NCBI GenBank assembly: GCA_965222605.1
Contig: OZ244960.1
Span: 3,744,001-3,808,000, forward strand
DNA: 64,000 bases
Origin: Candidatus Latescibacterota bacterium
GTDB taxonomy: Bacteria > Latescibacterota > UBA2968
Direction of reading: 5' to 3'
Positions 21,132 to 30,254 of the stretch are shown here, piece by piece. The notes beneath the pieces are model-generated. The model searched no databases. It was not told the origin of the DNA and saw only the letters and a program-made list of their open reading frames with translations. How positions within the stretch are numbered: the first letter of the stretch is position 1; the number at the start of each line of letters is the position of its first letter. A program made the position numbers and the translations under genes.

Positions 21132-21139
21132 GCTGAGCC

Positions 21140-23032
21140 TCACTTTCTTTCTGTCCAAATTAGATTCTCTCTGCGACGCACGACATAAGGAGAATAAGGA
21201 GATCCCTGTAATGTGAAATCTCGTCCGGCTGCCATCTTCACCCAGTATGTTCCATTAGGTAATCCCCTTTTAGATAAGAACGCAGTATAAGAACCGGGTG
21301 CGTGTGTTTTATTGACTGGCCTGGCTACCATCATATTCTGATTATTGAAGAAAATGATTTCTACAAAGGCGGGGTGGAACCCTTCTGGAATCGAATACAC
21401 GATTTTCACCAGTGAATCTTGTGGCGAACTTTCTATTTTTAAGTCTATTGGATATTTGGGTTCTGTTCGATTCCTGTATAGCCAAATCAGATTCAATGAG
21501 CGTCGCACCGCATTTTCCTCTGATCGATTTGCTCTTAATCTCACAAAGTATGTTCCGTCGGGAAGTCCCCGTTTAGGCAAGAACGCGGTATAAGAACCGG
21601 GTGCGTGTGTTTTATTGACCGGTTTGGCCACCCTTGCGCCCTGAATATTGAAGAAATCGAGTTCTATAAAGACAGGGTCTGAATAAACCTTTCCTGGAAT
21701 CCAATACGCAATTTCCATTATTGGATCCCTCGGTGAACTTACTATTTTAAAGTCCATCTTTTGTTGTACATTGCCTCCATATTGATATCTGTATCTCCAA
21801 ACCAACTCCAATGCGTGATGTACCTCCTGATGTTCTTTCAGCGATTGCTGTGTTGCTGATAACCTCACTAAGTATCTTCCATCAGGCAATCTCCGTTTGG
21901 ATAAGAACGTCGTATAAGAACCCGGCGTGTGCATTTTATTGACCGGCTTGGCGGCCCTTGCCCCATGACTATTGTAGAAATCGATTTCTACAAAGACGGA
22001 GTCTGAATAAACCGCTTCTGGGATCCAATACACGATTTTCACCAGTGAATCTTGTGGCGTACTTTCCATTCTGAAGTCCAGTTTTTCTGTTTTTGTATCG
22101 CCGCTTGTATTGGAATCGGATTTGACTTCCTGTTTGACCTCTTGTTGCGAGGATTCTACGCCCTCTGTCTCGTCAGTTTTCTCAGGAATGGGTTGCTCAT
22201 TTTGAGCGGGTTCTTCCAATTCGAGCTGTATTTGAGACGTTTGGGACAATTCATTGTTTTCTTGTCCCCAATTCAACACTGCCGAAATCCCACCGAAATA
22301 CAATCCCGTTCCCGCGATACCTGCGCCGATGATACCCATTATTTTTATCATGCCTGTTCCTTTCAGTTTGGCGAGCAGACTCGCCTGCGTTGGCATTGCG
22401 TACAATAGCGGGGGTAATGCGGCCATTATTTTGCGCGTCAATTGGCGTGTCGGACGTTTTTCGCAGAGTGTGTCTTCTACCAGCGGTATCAATTCGTCGC
22501 GCAAGCGATTGCGTGCAACCTGAAGACGACCCGTTACTGTGCTTTCAGGGATGTCGAGAAAAACGGCGATTTCGGAATAGGTCATGCCTTCCATGTAGTG
22601 GAGCAATACCGCTTCCCGATAAATGTCTGGCAATGTATCAACGGCGGTTAGAACGGTTTCTTTAAGTTCGGATTTTTCCAGCACTTCGTCGGGTAGGTCT
22701 GGCAATGGAAATTCCGATATTTCAGGGGTTATATCCCGCGATGTGTCGTCAATTGAGATGATTGGACGCTTTTGCTGAAGCCATTTGTTCGACAAATTGA
22801 GTGCGATTCCCCGCAGCCAGCCTGCGAATTTTTCGGGCGATTTTAGAGACTTGAGATGCATGTATGCCTCCACAAACGCATTTTGAACGATGTCTTCAGT
22901 TGCGGAAAAATTGCGGATTCGACCAGCCACAAAGGCAAAGATGCGCCCTTGATATGCCTCGACCAGCGGTTCGTAAGCAGCCTGATCGCCAGCCAATATT
23001 TTTTGAACTTGCTCTGCATCGCGTTTGCTCAT
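21140..23032 (-). CDS. ECF sigma factor fused to a TM helix and three tandem CTD/FlgD-Ig-like repeats
   Basis: Sigma regions 2/4 (EDIVQNAF, FAGWLRGIA, LHYMEGMTYSEIA..TVTGRL), hydrophobic IMGIIGAGIAGTGLYFGG, three ~100-aa repeats. Confidence 0.85.
   Translation of the reverse strand: MSKRDAEQVQKILAGDQAAYEPLVEAYQGRIFAFVAGRIRNFSATEDIVQNAFVEAYMHLKSLKSPEKFAGWLRGIALNLSNKWLQQKRPIISIDDTSRDITPEISEFPLPDLPDEVLEKSELKETVLTAVDTLPDIYREAVLLHYMEGMTYSEIAVFLDIPESTVTGRLQVARNRLRDELIPLVEDTLCEKRPTRQLTRKIMAALPPLLYAMPTQASLLAKLKGTGMIKIMGIIGAGIAGTGLYFGGISAVLNWGQENNELSQTSQIQLELEEPAQNEQPIPEKTDETEGVESSQQEVKQEVKSDSNTSGDTKTEKLDFRMESTPQDSLVKIVYWIPEAVYSDSVFVEIDFYNSHGARAAKPVNKMHTPGSYTTFLSKRRLPDGRYLVRLSATQQSLKEHQEVHHALELVWRYRYQYGGNVQQKMDFKIVSSPRDPIMEIAYWIPGKVYSDPVFIELDFFNIQGARVAKPVNKTHAPGSYTAFLPKRGLPDGTYFVRLRANRSEENAVRRSLNLIWLYRNRTEPKYPIDLKIESSPQDSLVKIVYSIPEGFHPAFVEIIFFNNQNMMVARPVNKTHAPGSYTAFLSKRGLPNGTYWVKMAAGRDFTLQGSPYSPYVVRRRENLIWTERK
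21143..22085 (-). repeat. Three ~300-bp intragenic tandem repeats
   Basis: Near-identical GTATAAGAACC.G..GCGTG..TTTTATTGAC.GG blocks near 21285, 21588 and 21912. Confidence 0.85.
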
Positions 23033-23070
23033 TGGAACTCCAAATAGACGACTGTTGGTGTTTGGCTACT

Positions 23071-23132
23071 GGGGACGGTCCCCGTGCCGTCTGTCATCGC
23101 GGCATGTTTTTAGCCGCGATCCAGAAGGTTTT
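23071..23132. repeat. Composite REP (A: GGGGACGGTCCCCGTGCCGTC + B: GTCATCGCGGCATG..TAGCCGCGATCCAG)
   Basis: Near-identical copy at 24260-24329 and variant at 51240-51301. Confidence 0.85.
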
Positions 23133-23223
23133 TAGCTAACCGCTGACCGCTTGTTTTTCCGACCGCTATATATATGTGACTCCTGAGTGCGGATTTCTAA
23201 ATAAAAATTTCGCCATAATATTC

Positions 23224-23254
23224 AAAAGCCCTGTATCTTGACTCACAGGGCTTT
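23224..23254 (-). terminator. Probable terminator of the PhyH gene
   Basis: AAAGCCCTGT-loop-ACAGGGCTTT. Confidence 0.6.
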
Positions 23255-23279
23255 CTGGTTTTGATAGGCGTAGTGCGAT

Positions 23280-24119
23280 TTATCCACGCGATGGCTCGGA
23301 CATTTCTTTTCTTGCGTGAGCGGAGAGTTCGGCGAGGTGACCGTCGTGCGCCATGACTTGTGTCAGATGTTTTTTGCGTTCGGGACCAGCGGTTGCGAGC
23401 ATGATTTTTCCGTAAGCGCGATCATTCCAGAACCGCGCGCGTGCGGCAATCTGTGTTTTTAACTGTGCAATGTGTTCTTCGTCTTCAGGGAAGCGTTCGC
23501 TACAATTAATGGTGAACATTCGCCGACGTGAACTGCCGCCAAAGGCCGCGTGTTTCAGATTGTGGTTGAATACGACGACATCGCCCGGATTGGTTTCCAG
23601 TGCTAACGCGGGCACGTCCTGACCGTGAATGCCCCATTGCGCGTGAGAATTTCGGACGGTTTTTTCAATCTCGTTTGCATATTGATCTGCGAGATGGTGA
23701 CTTCCCGGTATGATGCGCAAACAACCCGTGTCGCGCGTCAGGGGATCCAGGTACAGGGCAATTTTTACAAATCGAATTTCCTTGCCCCAGCCGTCCGAAT
23801 GCCATTGCGTGTCTCCGGCATAATAATTTCCGTCTGACCCCATGTAATTGAAGTTTTCACCCAATAGTCCAGCCAGGATCCCGTTGATCCGCGGATCATC
23901 CAATAGGGCGCACAGCCGTTCGTGCTGGTCGATAAATGGCACGATGCACGATCGCCGCATGCCGTCGTGCGGTTGCCCATTGTGTCCCCCACCCCGTTGG
24001 CTCCATACGGCTTCAAATACATCGATAATTTCGTCGATGCAATCTGTTAATAACCCCGGAAACGCGAGAAATCCAAAGGTATCAAAAAACGATTTTTTTT
24101 GATCGGTGAGGATGACCAT
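23280..24119 (-). CDS. Phytanoyl-CoA dioxygenase (PhyH) family 2OG-Fe(II) oxygenase
   Basis: FDTFGFL, WHSD, LYLDPL...GCLRIIPGSH, GDVVVFNHNLKHA..RR; ATG 24119 after AAGGAG. Confidence 0.88.
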   Translation of the reverse strand: MVILTDQKKSFFDTFGFLAFPGLLTDCIDEIIDVFEAVWSQRGGGHNGQPHDGMRRSCIVPFIDQHERLCALLDDPRINGILAGLLGENFNYMGSDGNYYAGDTQWHSDGWGKEIRFVKIALYLDPLTRDTGCLRIIPGSHHLADQYANEIEKTVRNSHAQWGIHGQDVPALALETNPGDVVVFNHNLKHAAFGGSSRRRMFTINCSERFPEDEEHIAQLKTQIAARARFWNDRAYGKIMLATAGPERKKHLTQVMAHDGHLAELSAHARKEMSEPSRG

Positions 24120-24240
24120 CGCTTGCTCCTTGTAGTTGACGTATGGAGAAACTTCTGTTAAATTGAAGCGTTGATACCTGTAGTACAGGTAATACATTCA
24201 GGGTTGCAATTGTGATTATCCTGTGCGGTATATGAAAGTC

Positions 24241-24329
24241 GTCATCGCGGCGTGTTGTTGTAGGGGACGGTCCCCGTGCCGTCCCGTGCGTCATCGCGGC
24301 ATGATTTTAGCCGCGATCCAGAAGGTTTT
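24241..24329. repeat. Composite REP (partial B + A + B)
   Basis: GTAGGGGACGGTCCCCGTGCCGTCCCG followed by GTCATCGCGGCATGATTTTAGCCGCGATCCAG. Confidence 0.85.
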
Positions 24330-24477
24330 GACCGCCCACTACACCATCACTTAATATATATTCACTTCCACCAATATATGAGGATAAATACCATGCGCCA
24401 ATATCTATTATCCATCCCGATAATTCTACTCCTGCTCGTTGGGTCTGCTTCTGCGCAAACGGTTAATTTTTCTCTAA

Positions 24478-25404
24478 GAAGCTGTTTTAAAACTATTGTG
24501 AGTGAAGAAAAGGGTTGAAAAAGCGTATTCATCTGTCCAAATTCAGGTTATGCAAATCACCCTGAAACGAAAGGACAAAGATGAATACGCAAAGAGAATA
24601 TCCGACAAATGTCACCCAAGCGCAATGGCAACTGCTGATCCCCTTGCTGCCCAAACGCAAATGGCGAAAAGGAGGTCCCGGACGCCCTCCTGCCAATTTG
24701 CGCCAAGTGTTCAATGGCATCCTGTATCTGACGAAGACCGGCAGCCAATGGCGCATGCTACCCCATACCTTCGGCTGCTGGCAGACCGTGTATGGCTATT
24801 TCAATCGTTGGCGCGAGCAAGGCATCTTTGAGCAGGTGCAACAGGCACTCACGCGGCGAGAAAGAAAACGGCAGGGACGTAAGCCTACCGCATCAGCAGG
24901 CTGCATTGACAGCCAAAGTGTCAAGACAGCAACACAAGGAAAATCAAAAGGTTATGATGCTGGAAAAAAGGTCAATGGACGCAAACGCCATCTTCTCGTT
25001 GATACCCTCGGACTCGTCATCAGCACCTATGTCTCGCCTGCTGATCTCCAAGACCGTGATGGCTTAAAGCAGGTGCTCAATCAGTATTTTGACACGGGAG
25101 AGACACGCTTACGCAAGCTATGGGTCGATGGCGGCTATCGCGGTGAAGACCTCAAGAAATGGGTCGCTGCTAAGAAGCAGACGCATAAGATTGATCTTGA
25201 GGTTGTCACCCCAAAAGGCAAAGGCTTTCAACTCGTCAAACGTCGGTGGGTCGTCGAGCGCACCTTTGCCTGGTTATTTAATTTTCGCCGACTATCAAAG
25301 GATTATGAAGACTTGACCGACAGTAGTGAAGCCTTTATTTACATCGTTATGATTTACCTCTTAATCAACAGACTCGCTTAAGCGAGGGGTTTTAAAACAG
25401 CTTC
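24478..25404 (+). mobile_element. IS5 family element (IS1031-like), 927 bp
   Basis: Perfect 16-bp TIRs GAAGCTGTTTTAAAAC / GTTTTAAAACAGCTTC; TAA target duplication at 24475-24477 and 25405-25407. Confidence 0.95.
24581..25381 (+). CDS. IS5 family transposase, intact
   Basis: GSQWRMLP..FG.WQTVYGYF, IDSQSVKT, GRKRHLLVDTLG, WVDGGY, RRWVVERTFAW. Confidence 0.95.
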   Translation: MNTQREYPTNVTQAQWQLLIPLLPKRKWRKGGPGRPPANLRQVFNGILYLTKTGSQWRMLPHTFGCWQTVYGYFNRWREQGIFEQVQQALTRRERKRQGRKPTASAGCIDSQSVKTATQGKSKGYDAGKKVNGRKRHLLVDTLGLVISTYVSPADLQDRDGLKQVLNQYFDTGETRLRKLWVDGGYRGEDLKKWVAAKKQTHKIDLEVVTPKGKGFQLVKRRWVVERTFAWLFNFRRLSKDYEDLTDSSEAFIYIVMIYLLINRLA

Positions 25405-25484
25405 TAACGGGCCTCGACGGCAAGACATATAGTGCCTCTGACTATCGCGGCAAAGTGCTCGTGCTTGCGATCATCGGGCATACC

Positions 25485-25517
25485 TGACCGTTCTGTAGAG
25501 CGGCGGGTCCGTCACTC
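25485..25517 (+). promoter_or_regulatory. In-frame UGA (Sec) plus bacterial SECIS-like hairpin
   Basis: TGA, 10 nt, then GAGCGGCG-GGTC-CGTCACTC hairpin with a GGTC apical loop. Confidence 0.7.
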
Positions 25518-26639
25518 GAAACATTCTGGGAAAAATATAAAAACAACCCCAATGTTAAGATGCTCGGTCTTGATGTTTGGGGTGGCAGTCAGTCGCAGGT
25601 TCAGGCTTATAAGGACGCGGCACAAGTCACCTTTCCCCTGCTTATAGGAGCGAGTCGTTCTATTGCGCCCTCGCATGATTATCTCCTTGTAGTTGGTCCC
25701 GATGGGACTGTGAAATTGTCAAAAAGCAGTCTGAAATCATCCATTTCTGCTGCGGCAACGGCAACATTGGTTGATGATCTGGAAAAACAAATACCCGCAA
25801 GTGTGCCGACGATCACTGTGCAGCAAACGGCAGTTGATTTCGGCACTATTGACACGGGTCAAACAGGTCAACAGACGATTACGATTACGAACACGGGAAC
25901 TGCGCCTCTGGAGATTACAGGTATTCTGAGTGATGTGTCGGGTTTGACGTTTGAACCTTCTACATTTACACTATCTCCCAACAGTTCACAGACAGTTACG
26001 ATTATGTTTCCGAGTTCGACAGTGGGCACTTTTTCGGGGAATATCAATATTTCGAGTAATGACCCCGATCGTGCAACCCAGACACTATCCGTTTCTGTGA
26101 TCGTCCAACCGCCACCTGCGCCGACGATCGCTATTCAGGAACAATCAATTGATTTCGGCACGATTGACGCAGGTCAAACAGGTCAACAAACTATTACGAT
26201 TACGAATACGGGTACTGCGACTCTTGAGATAACGGGTATTGAGAGCAGCGATGTGCCGGGTTTGACGTTTGATCCTGCGATGTTTACACTGGAACCCGAC
26301 GGTTCACAGACAGTTATGATCGCTTTTCCGAGTTCGACAGCGGGCACGTTTTCGGGTAATATCAATATTTTGAGTAATGATCCGAATAATGCAAAACAGA
26401 CATTATCCGTTTCTATAATAGTCAAGGTTTCTTCTGCCAACCCCAAGGCCGATTTTGATGGCGATGGCGTGGTTGGTATTACCGATTTTCTCTTGTTTGT
26501 GGAGGCATTTGGATCAACCGATTCCAAATTCGATATCGATGGCGATGGCGTGGTTGGTGTGACCGATTTTCTCCTTTTTGTGGAGGCATTTGGAAAAAAG
26601 GTTGACGGATAGGTCGGCTTTTGAGTTGCGACTTTCGGC

Positions 26640-26668
26640 TTGACACCTGTAGCGTAAATTTCTATGTT
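26640..26668 (+). promoter_or_regulatory. sigma70 promoter of the T-box/pheST transcript
   Basis: TTGACA-N17-TATGTT. Confidence 0.7.
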
Positions 26669-26677
26669 TTGCCTTCA

Positions 26678-26943
26678 AAGCTATGAAGGAGAAAAGTAGC
26701 CTGTTTCCAACTGCACAGAGAGGATGTGTCCTGGGCTGAAAGCACATCTGCAGGATGCACAGGTGAAGTTCCCTCCCGAGCTGCAAAGCCGAATGGAAAG
26801 ACAGTTTCTTAGTAAGCCGAGCCGGTGGGTCCGCCGACAATGGACAGGATGGTGACAGCCATCTACTGAGTGGTGCTTTTAAGCGCAAATAGGGTGGTAC
26901 CGCGGAAAGCTCTTTCGTCCCTATGATGACGAAGGGGCTTTTT
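26678..26943 (+). ncRNA. T-box riboswitch, Phe (UUC) specifier
   Basis: AGTAG, AGAGAG and GGCTGAAA stem I motifs; GAAG-TTC at 26769-26771; T-box AAATAGGGTGGTACCGCG at 26887-26904; terminator AAAGCTCTTTCGTC..GACGAAGGGGCTTTTT. Confidence 0.92.
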
Positions 26944-26974
26944 GTTTTTTATACTAACATTGGAGTTTCTATTA

Positions 26975-28513
26975 ATGGATCTCGCATCTTTACATGCTCT
27001 CGAAATTCGCATTTTGCGTGCATATAAAAATAATGCCAGTGCCGAGCAGTCCGATGCACAACTTCAAAAGGGCGCGGGCATTGGCGAAGGACAGGTTCGG
27101 CGCGCGGTTGAGTGGCTGATTTCCAAGCAATTGCTCGAAGTTACTGGAGAAAATACGCGCGTGACTGTTTCGCTTACGGAAGTGGGACGGGATTTTGCCT
27201 CAAAGGGCGCGACGCCAGAGACGGCACTTTTGACCCGGGCGAGCGCAGAGCGCGTTGGGATTCAAGATTTGCAAGCCGACGAGCGTTTTGACAGAGGTGC
27301 CTGGGGTAGTGCATTTGGCGGTTTGAAAAAGGATGGCATCATTGATCTGGACAAAGGGGCTATTGTTATTGTCGATGCAGATCGCGCTTCTTTTTTTGTT
27401 GATCGACTGATGCCAGAACTTTTTGCGAAATTTTCCGATACTGGAATTGAGATCGGTGATTTCCCCAGTGATATTGTCCAATATATTGAAGCCCATGCCC
27501 GAAAACGCGGCGGGGGCAGGGGACCTGTTCGTTTAGACGAGCGCACGGAGCGGATTTATCGCCTGACTGAAGAAGGACAGCGCGTGCTTGTGGAGGTTGT
27601 TAAAGCCAATCTCACGGGTGATGAAATTTCTCGTCTCACGCCCGAAATGATTCAGAAAGGCACATGGCAGGGTGCGTCTTTTCGCCGATATGATCTGTCG
27701 ATTAAGCCGCCGCGGGTGCTTATTGGGAAGCACCATCCCTATCGGGCTTATCTGGACAATGTGCGGCGCCGGTTGATGGCACTCGGTTTTGAAGAGATGA
27801 AAGGTTCGCTGGTCGAAACCGAGTTTTGGAATATGGATGCCCTTTTTATGCCGCAGTTCCACGCGGCACGCAATATTCACGATGCGTATTATGTGACGGA
27901 GCCGACGCGATCCCGAGAGGCTGAAGAACCCCATTTTTCGAGGGTGGCTGAGGCGCATCAAAATGGGGGCGAAACAGGCTCGCGTGGGTGGCGATATGAG
28001 TTCAATCCCGCACAGTCGCGTCGCCTTATTTTGCGGAGTCAGGGCACCGCGCTTTCGGCGCGTACGCTTGCTTCAGAGCCAAATATCCCGGGCAAGTATT
28101 TCGCCCTTGCCCGTTGCTTTCGGCCGGATGATGTCGATGCCACGCACGCAGCGGATTTTTTTCAGGCTGAGGGTATTGTGTTGGGCGAGGAAATAAATTT
28201 TCGCAGTTTGCTCGGTTTGCTCAAGCTGTTTGCCCTTGAGATCGCGCAGGCCGAAGCCGTGCGCTATGTGCCCGATTATTTTCCTTTTACCGAGCCTTCG
28301 GTCGAACTTCAGGCGAAGCATCCTGTTCTCGGCTGGATTGAGCTTGGCGGTGCGGGTCTTTTCCGTCCTGAACTCACCCGACCTCTGGGCGTGGATGTGC
28401 CAGTTATTGCCTGGGGGTTGGGGGTTGATCGCATGGCGATGGTCGCGCTGGGTATTAACGATATACGCGATTTGTTCAGTACGGATTTGGATTTGGTTAG
28501 AAATACGCGATAG
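26975..28513 (+). CDS. pheS: Phenylalanine-tRNA ligase alpha subunit, archaeal/eukaryotic type
   Basis: ~512 aa with long N-terminal wHTH-like region; FWNMDALFMPQFHAAR, CFRPDDVDATH, YFPFTEPS, AWGLGVDR. Confidence 0.92.
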   Translation: MDLASLHALEIRILRAYKNNASAEQSDAQLQKGAGIGEGQVRRAVEWLISKQLLEVTGENTRVTVSLTEVGRDFASKGATPETALLTRASAERVGIQDLQADERFDRGAWGSAFGGLKKDGIIDLDKGAIVIVDADRASFFVDRLMPELFAKFSDTGIEIGDFPSDIVQYIEAHARKRGGGRGPVRLDERTERIYRLTEEGQRVLVEVVKANLTGDEISRLTPEMIQKGTWQGASFRRYDLSIKPPRVLIGKHHPYRAYLDNVRRRLMALGFEEMKGSLVETEFWNMDALFMPQFHAARNIHDAYYVTEPTRSREAEEPHFSRVAEAHQNGGETGSRGWRYEFNPAQSRRLILRSQGTALSARTLASEPNIPGKYFALARCFRPDDVDATHAADFFQAEGIVLGEEINFRSLLGLLKLFALEIAQAEAVRYVPDYFPFTEPSVELQAKHPVLGWIELGGAGLFRPELTRPLGVDVPVIAWGLGVDRMAMVALGINDIRDLFSTDLDLVRNTR

Positions 28514-28529
28514 GATAGCAGGAGTAAAA

Positions 28530-30251
28530 ATGCCAATAATTACAGTCAATAAACCCGATTTTGAACGTCTTGCAGGGCAGGCTTATTCTTTGGAGAGCCT
28601 GAGTGCTGCGCTTGAAACTGCCAAGGCAGAAATCGATGCTGAAGAGGGCGATACACTCCGTATTCAGCTCAAAGATACGAACCGCCCCGATCTCTGGTCG
28701 GCAGAGGGGCTTGCGCGGTTGCTCAAAAGCCATCGGGAGAATGTTCAACCGGATTATGTTTTTTTTGATGCGTCTGGCGTATCGCAGGAACGGGAGGTTA
28801 TTGTCGATGCCGGATTGCGAAATATCCGTCCCTTTATTGCCGCTTTTGCATGTGAAGGGATTGCGATTGATGATGCGGCACTTGACGCGCTTATCGAGGC
28901 GCAGGAAAAACTCGCCGATGGGTATGGGCGCGGTCGCAGCGTTGTTGCGATTGGGATTTACGATGCGTCCGATATTGTGTATCCGGTGCGATACGATGCG
29001 GTTGATCCCGATGCGACGGCTTTTATTCCTCTGGAGTTTGAGGAGGAGATGTCTTTGCGACAGATTTTGTCCGACCATCCCGCGGGCAGGATGTATGCAC
29101 ATCTTCTCGAAGGTAAGGATAAGTTTCCCCTGATCCGCGATTCGCGCGGCGAGGTTCTTTCCATGCCTCCGGTGATCAATAGCCAGAGCCTGGGGCGCGT
29201 TGAAGTGGGGGATACGTTTTTGTTTTGCGAAGCAACGGGGCCTGAACTCGATGCTATTCTCCTGTCTATGGCGATTATGGCGGTCAATATGGCTGACCGG
29301 GGCGGTCGCATTTATCCCGTAACCGTGCGCTATCCATATCACACGCCAAGAGGGCAAGTTCTGACCTGTCCGTATGATCTGACCGAGCCAGTGCAGGTGG
29401 ATGTAGATGAGATTTACAAAGTGGTTGGGTCACATATTTCGATGGGGCAGATTCAGACCGCGCTCACGGCAATGGGTTATCGGGATATCGATGTACAGGG
29501 CGGGCGTATCAGCGTGTGCCCAGCACCTTATCGCGACGATATTTTGCATCCCGTAGATATTGTGGAAGATGTTGTGATCGGTGTGGGATACGAGGCTTTT
29601 GAACCCGAGATGCCCCGGGATTTTACGGTTGGCAAAGCCGCGCCAGAAGAGGATCTCGCAGACCAATTTCGCAATCTCATGGTTGGGAGTGGATTTCAAG
29701 AGGTCTTTTTGCCTATTCTTTGTTCTCAAAAAGAACAGACCGTGGATATGAATAATCCGGATGCAAAGATTATTTCGATTTCAAATCCCATGTCCGAAAA
29801 TTACAGCGCGATTCGAGGAGCGCTGCTGCCCGGTTTGCTCAAGACCGAAGCGACAAGCCGCCGCGCGCTGTATCCGCATCGGATTTTTGAGGTGGGTGAA
29901 GTGGGGGTTCTCGATCCCGGGGAAAATTACGGCACGCGTACAGATATTCATCTTTGCGCGCTCGAAGCGAGTGACGAAGCCAATTTGTCTGGCGTTCAGA
30001 GCTATCTCGAGGTGTTATCCTATTATTTTAACTTTGAATACAATATTGCGCCGATTGATCATCCCACATTTTTGCCCGGTCGCAGTGGCGAGATCCGCAT
30101 AGGCGAGCGCGTTTACGGGCTTATTGGCGAAGTGCATCCCAGCGTTCTCGAAATCTGGGGTATAAATTATCCCGTTAGTGCATTTGAGGTTGATATTCGC
30201 ATTGTATCCAAACGGGCGGGCACAGGGGCACCGCCCCTACATAAGGATTGA
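28530..30251 (+). CDS. pheT: Phenylalanine-tRNA ligase beta subunit, archaeal/eukaryotic type
   Basis: MPIITV start, NRPDLWSAEGLAR, VLSMPPVINS, YRDDILHPVDIVED; ~573 aa, no OB or FDX-ACB domain evident. Confidence 0.9.
   Translation: MPIITVNKPDFERLAGQAYSLESLSAALETAKAEIDAEEGDTLRIQLKDTNRPDLWSAEGLARLLKSHRENVQPDYVFFDASGVSQEREVIVDAGLRNIRPFIAAFACEGIAIDDAALDALIEAQEKLADGYGRGRSVVAIGIYDASDIVYPVRYDAVDPDATAFIPLEFEEEMSLRQILSDHPAGRMYAHLLEGKDKFPLIRDSRGEVLSMPPVINSQSLGRVEVGDTFLFCEATGPELDAILLSMAIMAVNMADRGGRIYPVTVRYPYHTPRGQVLTCPYDLTEPVQVDVDEIYKVVGSHISMGQIQTALTAMGYRDIDVQGGRISVCPAPYRDDILHPVDIVEDVVIGVGYEAFEPEMPRDFTVGKAAPEEDLADQFRNLMVGSGFQEVFLPILCSQKEQTVDMNNPDAKIISISNPMSENYSAIRGALLPGLLKTEATSRRALYPHRIFEVGEVGVLDPGENYGTRTDIHLCALEASDEANLSGVQSYLEVLSYYFNFEYNIAPIDHPTFLPGRSGEIRIGERVYGLIGEVHPSVLEIWGINYPVSAFEVDIRIVSKRAGTGAPPLHKD
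30213..30241 (-). repeat. REP-like palindrome inside the 3' end of pheT
   Basis: Reverse complement TGTAGGGGCGGTGCCCCTGTGCCCGCCCG matches REP family A. Confidence 0.65.
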
Positions 30252-30254
30252 ATT

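Larger units (their letters stand above)
24393..26612 (+). pseudogene. IS5-interrupted secreted redoxin selenoprotein (UxxC) with two Ig-like domains and a dockerin/EF-hand-like tail
   Basis: Removing the IS and one TAA restores one frame: signal peptide..TVNFSLTGLDGKTYSASDYRGKVLVLAIIGHT-TGA(25485)-PFC.., in frame with ORF 25560-26612. Confidence 0.85.

Noticed and set aside
24276-24518. Stand-alone 80-aa ORF
   Set aside because: A chimera of REP sequence, the true signal peptide (from 24393) and the IS left end
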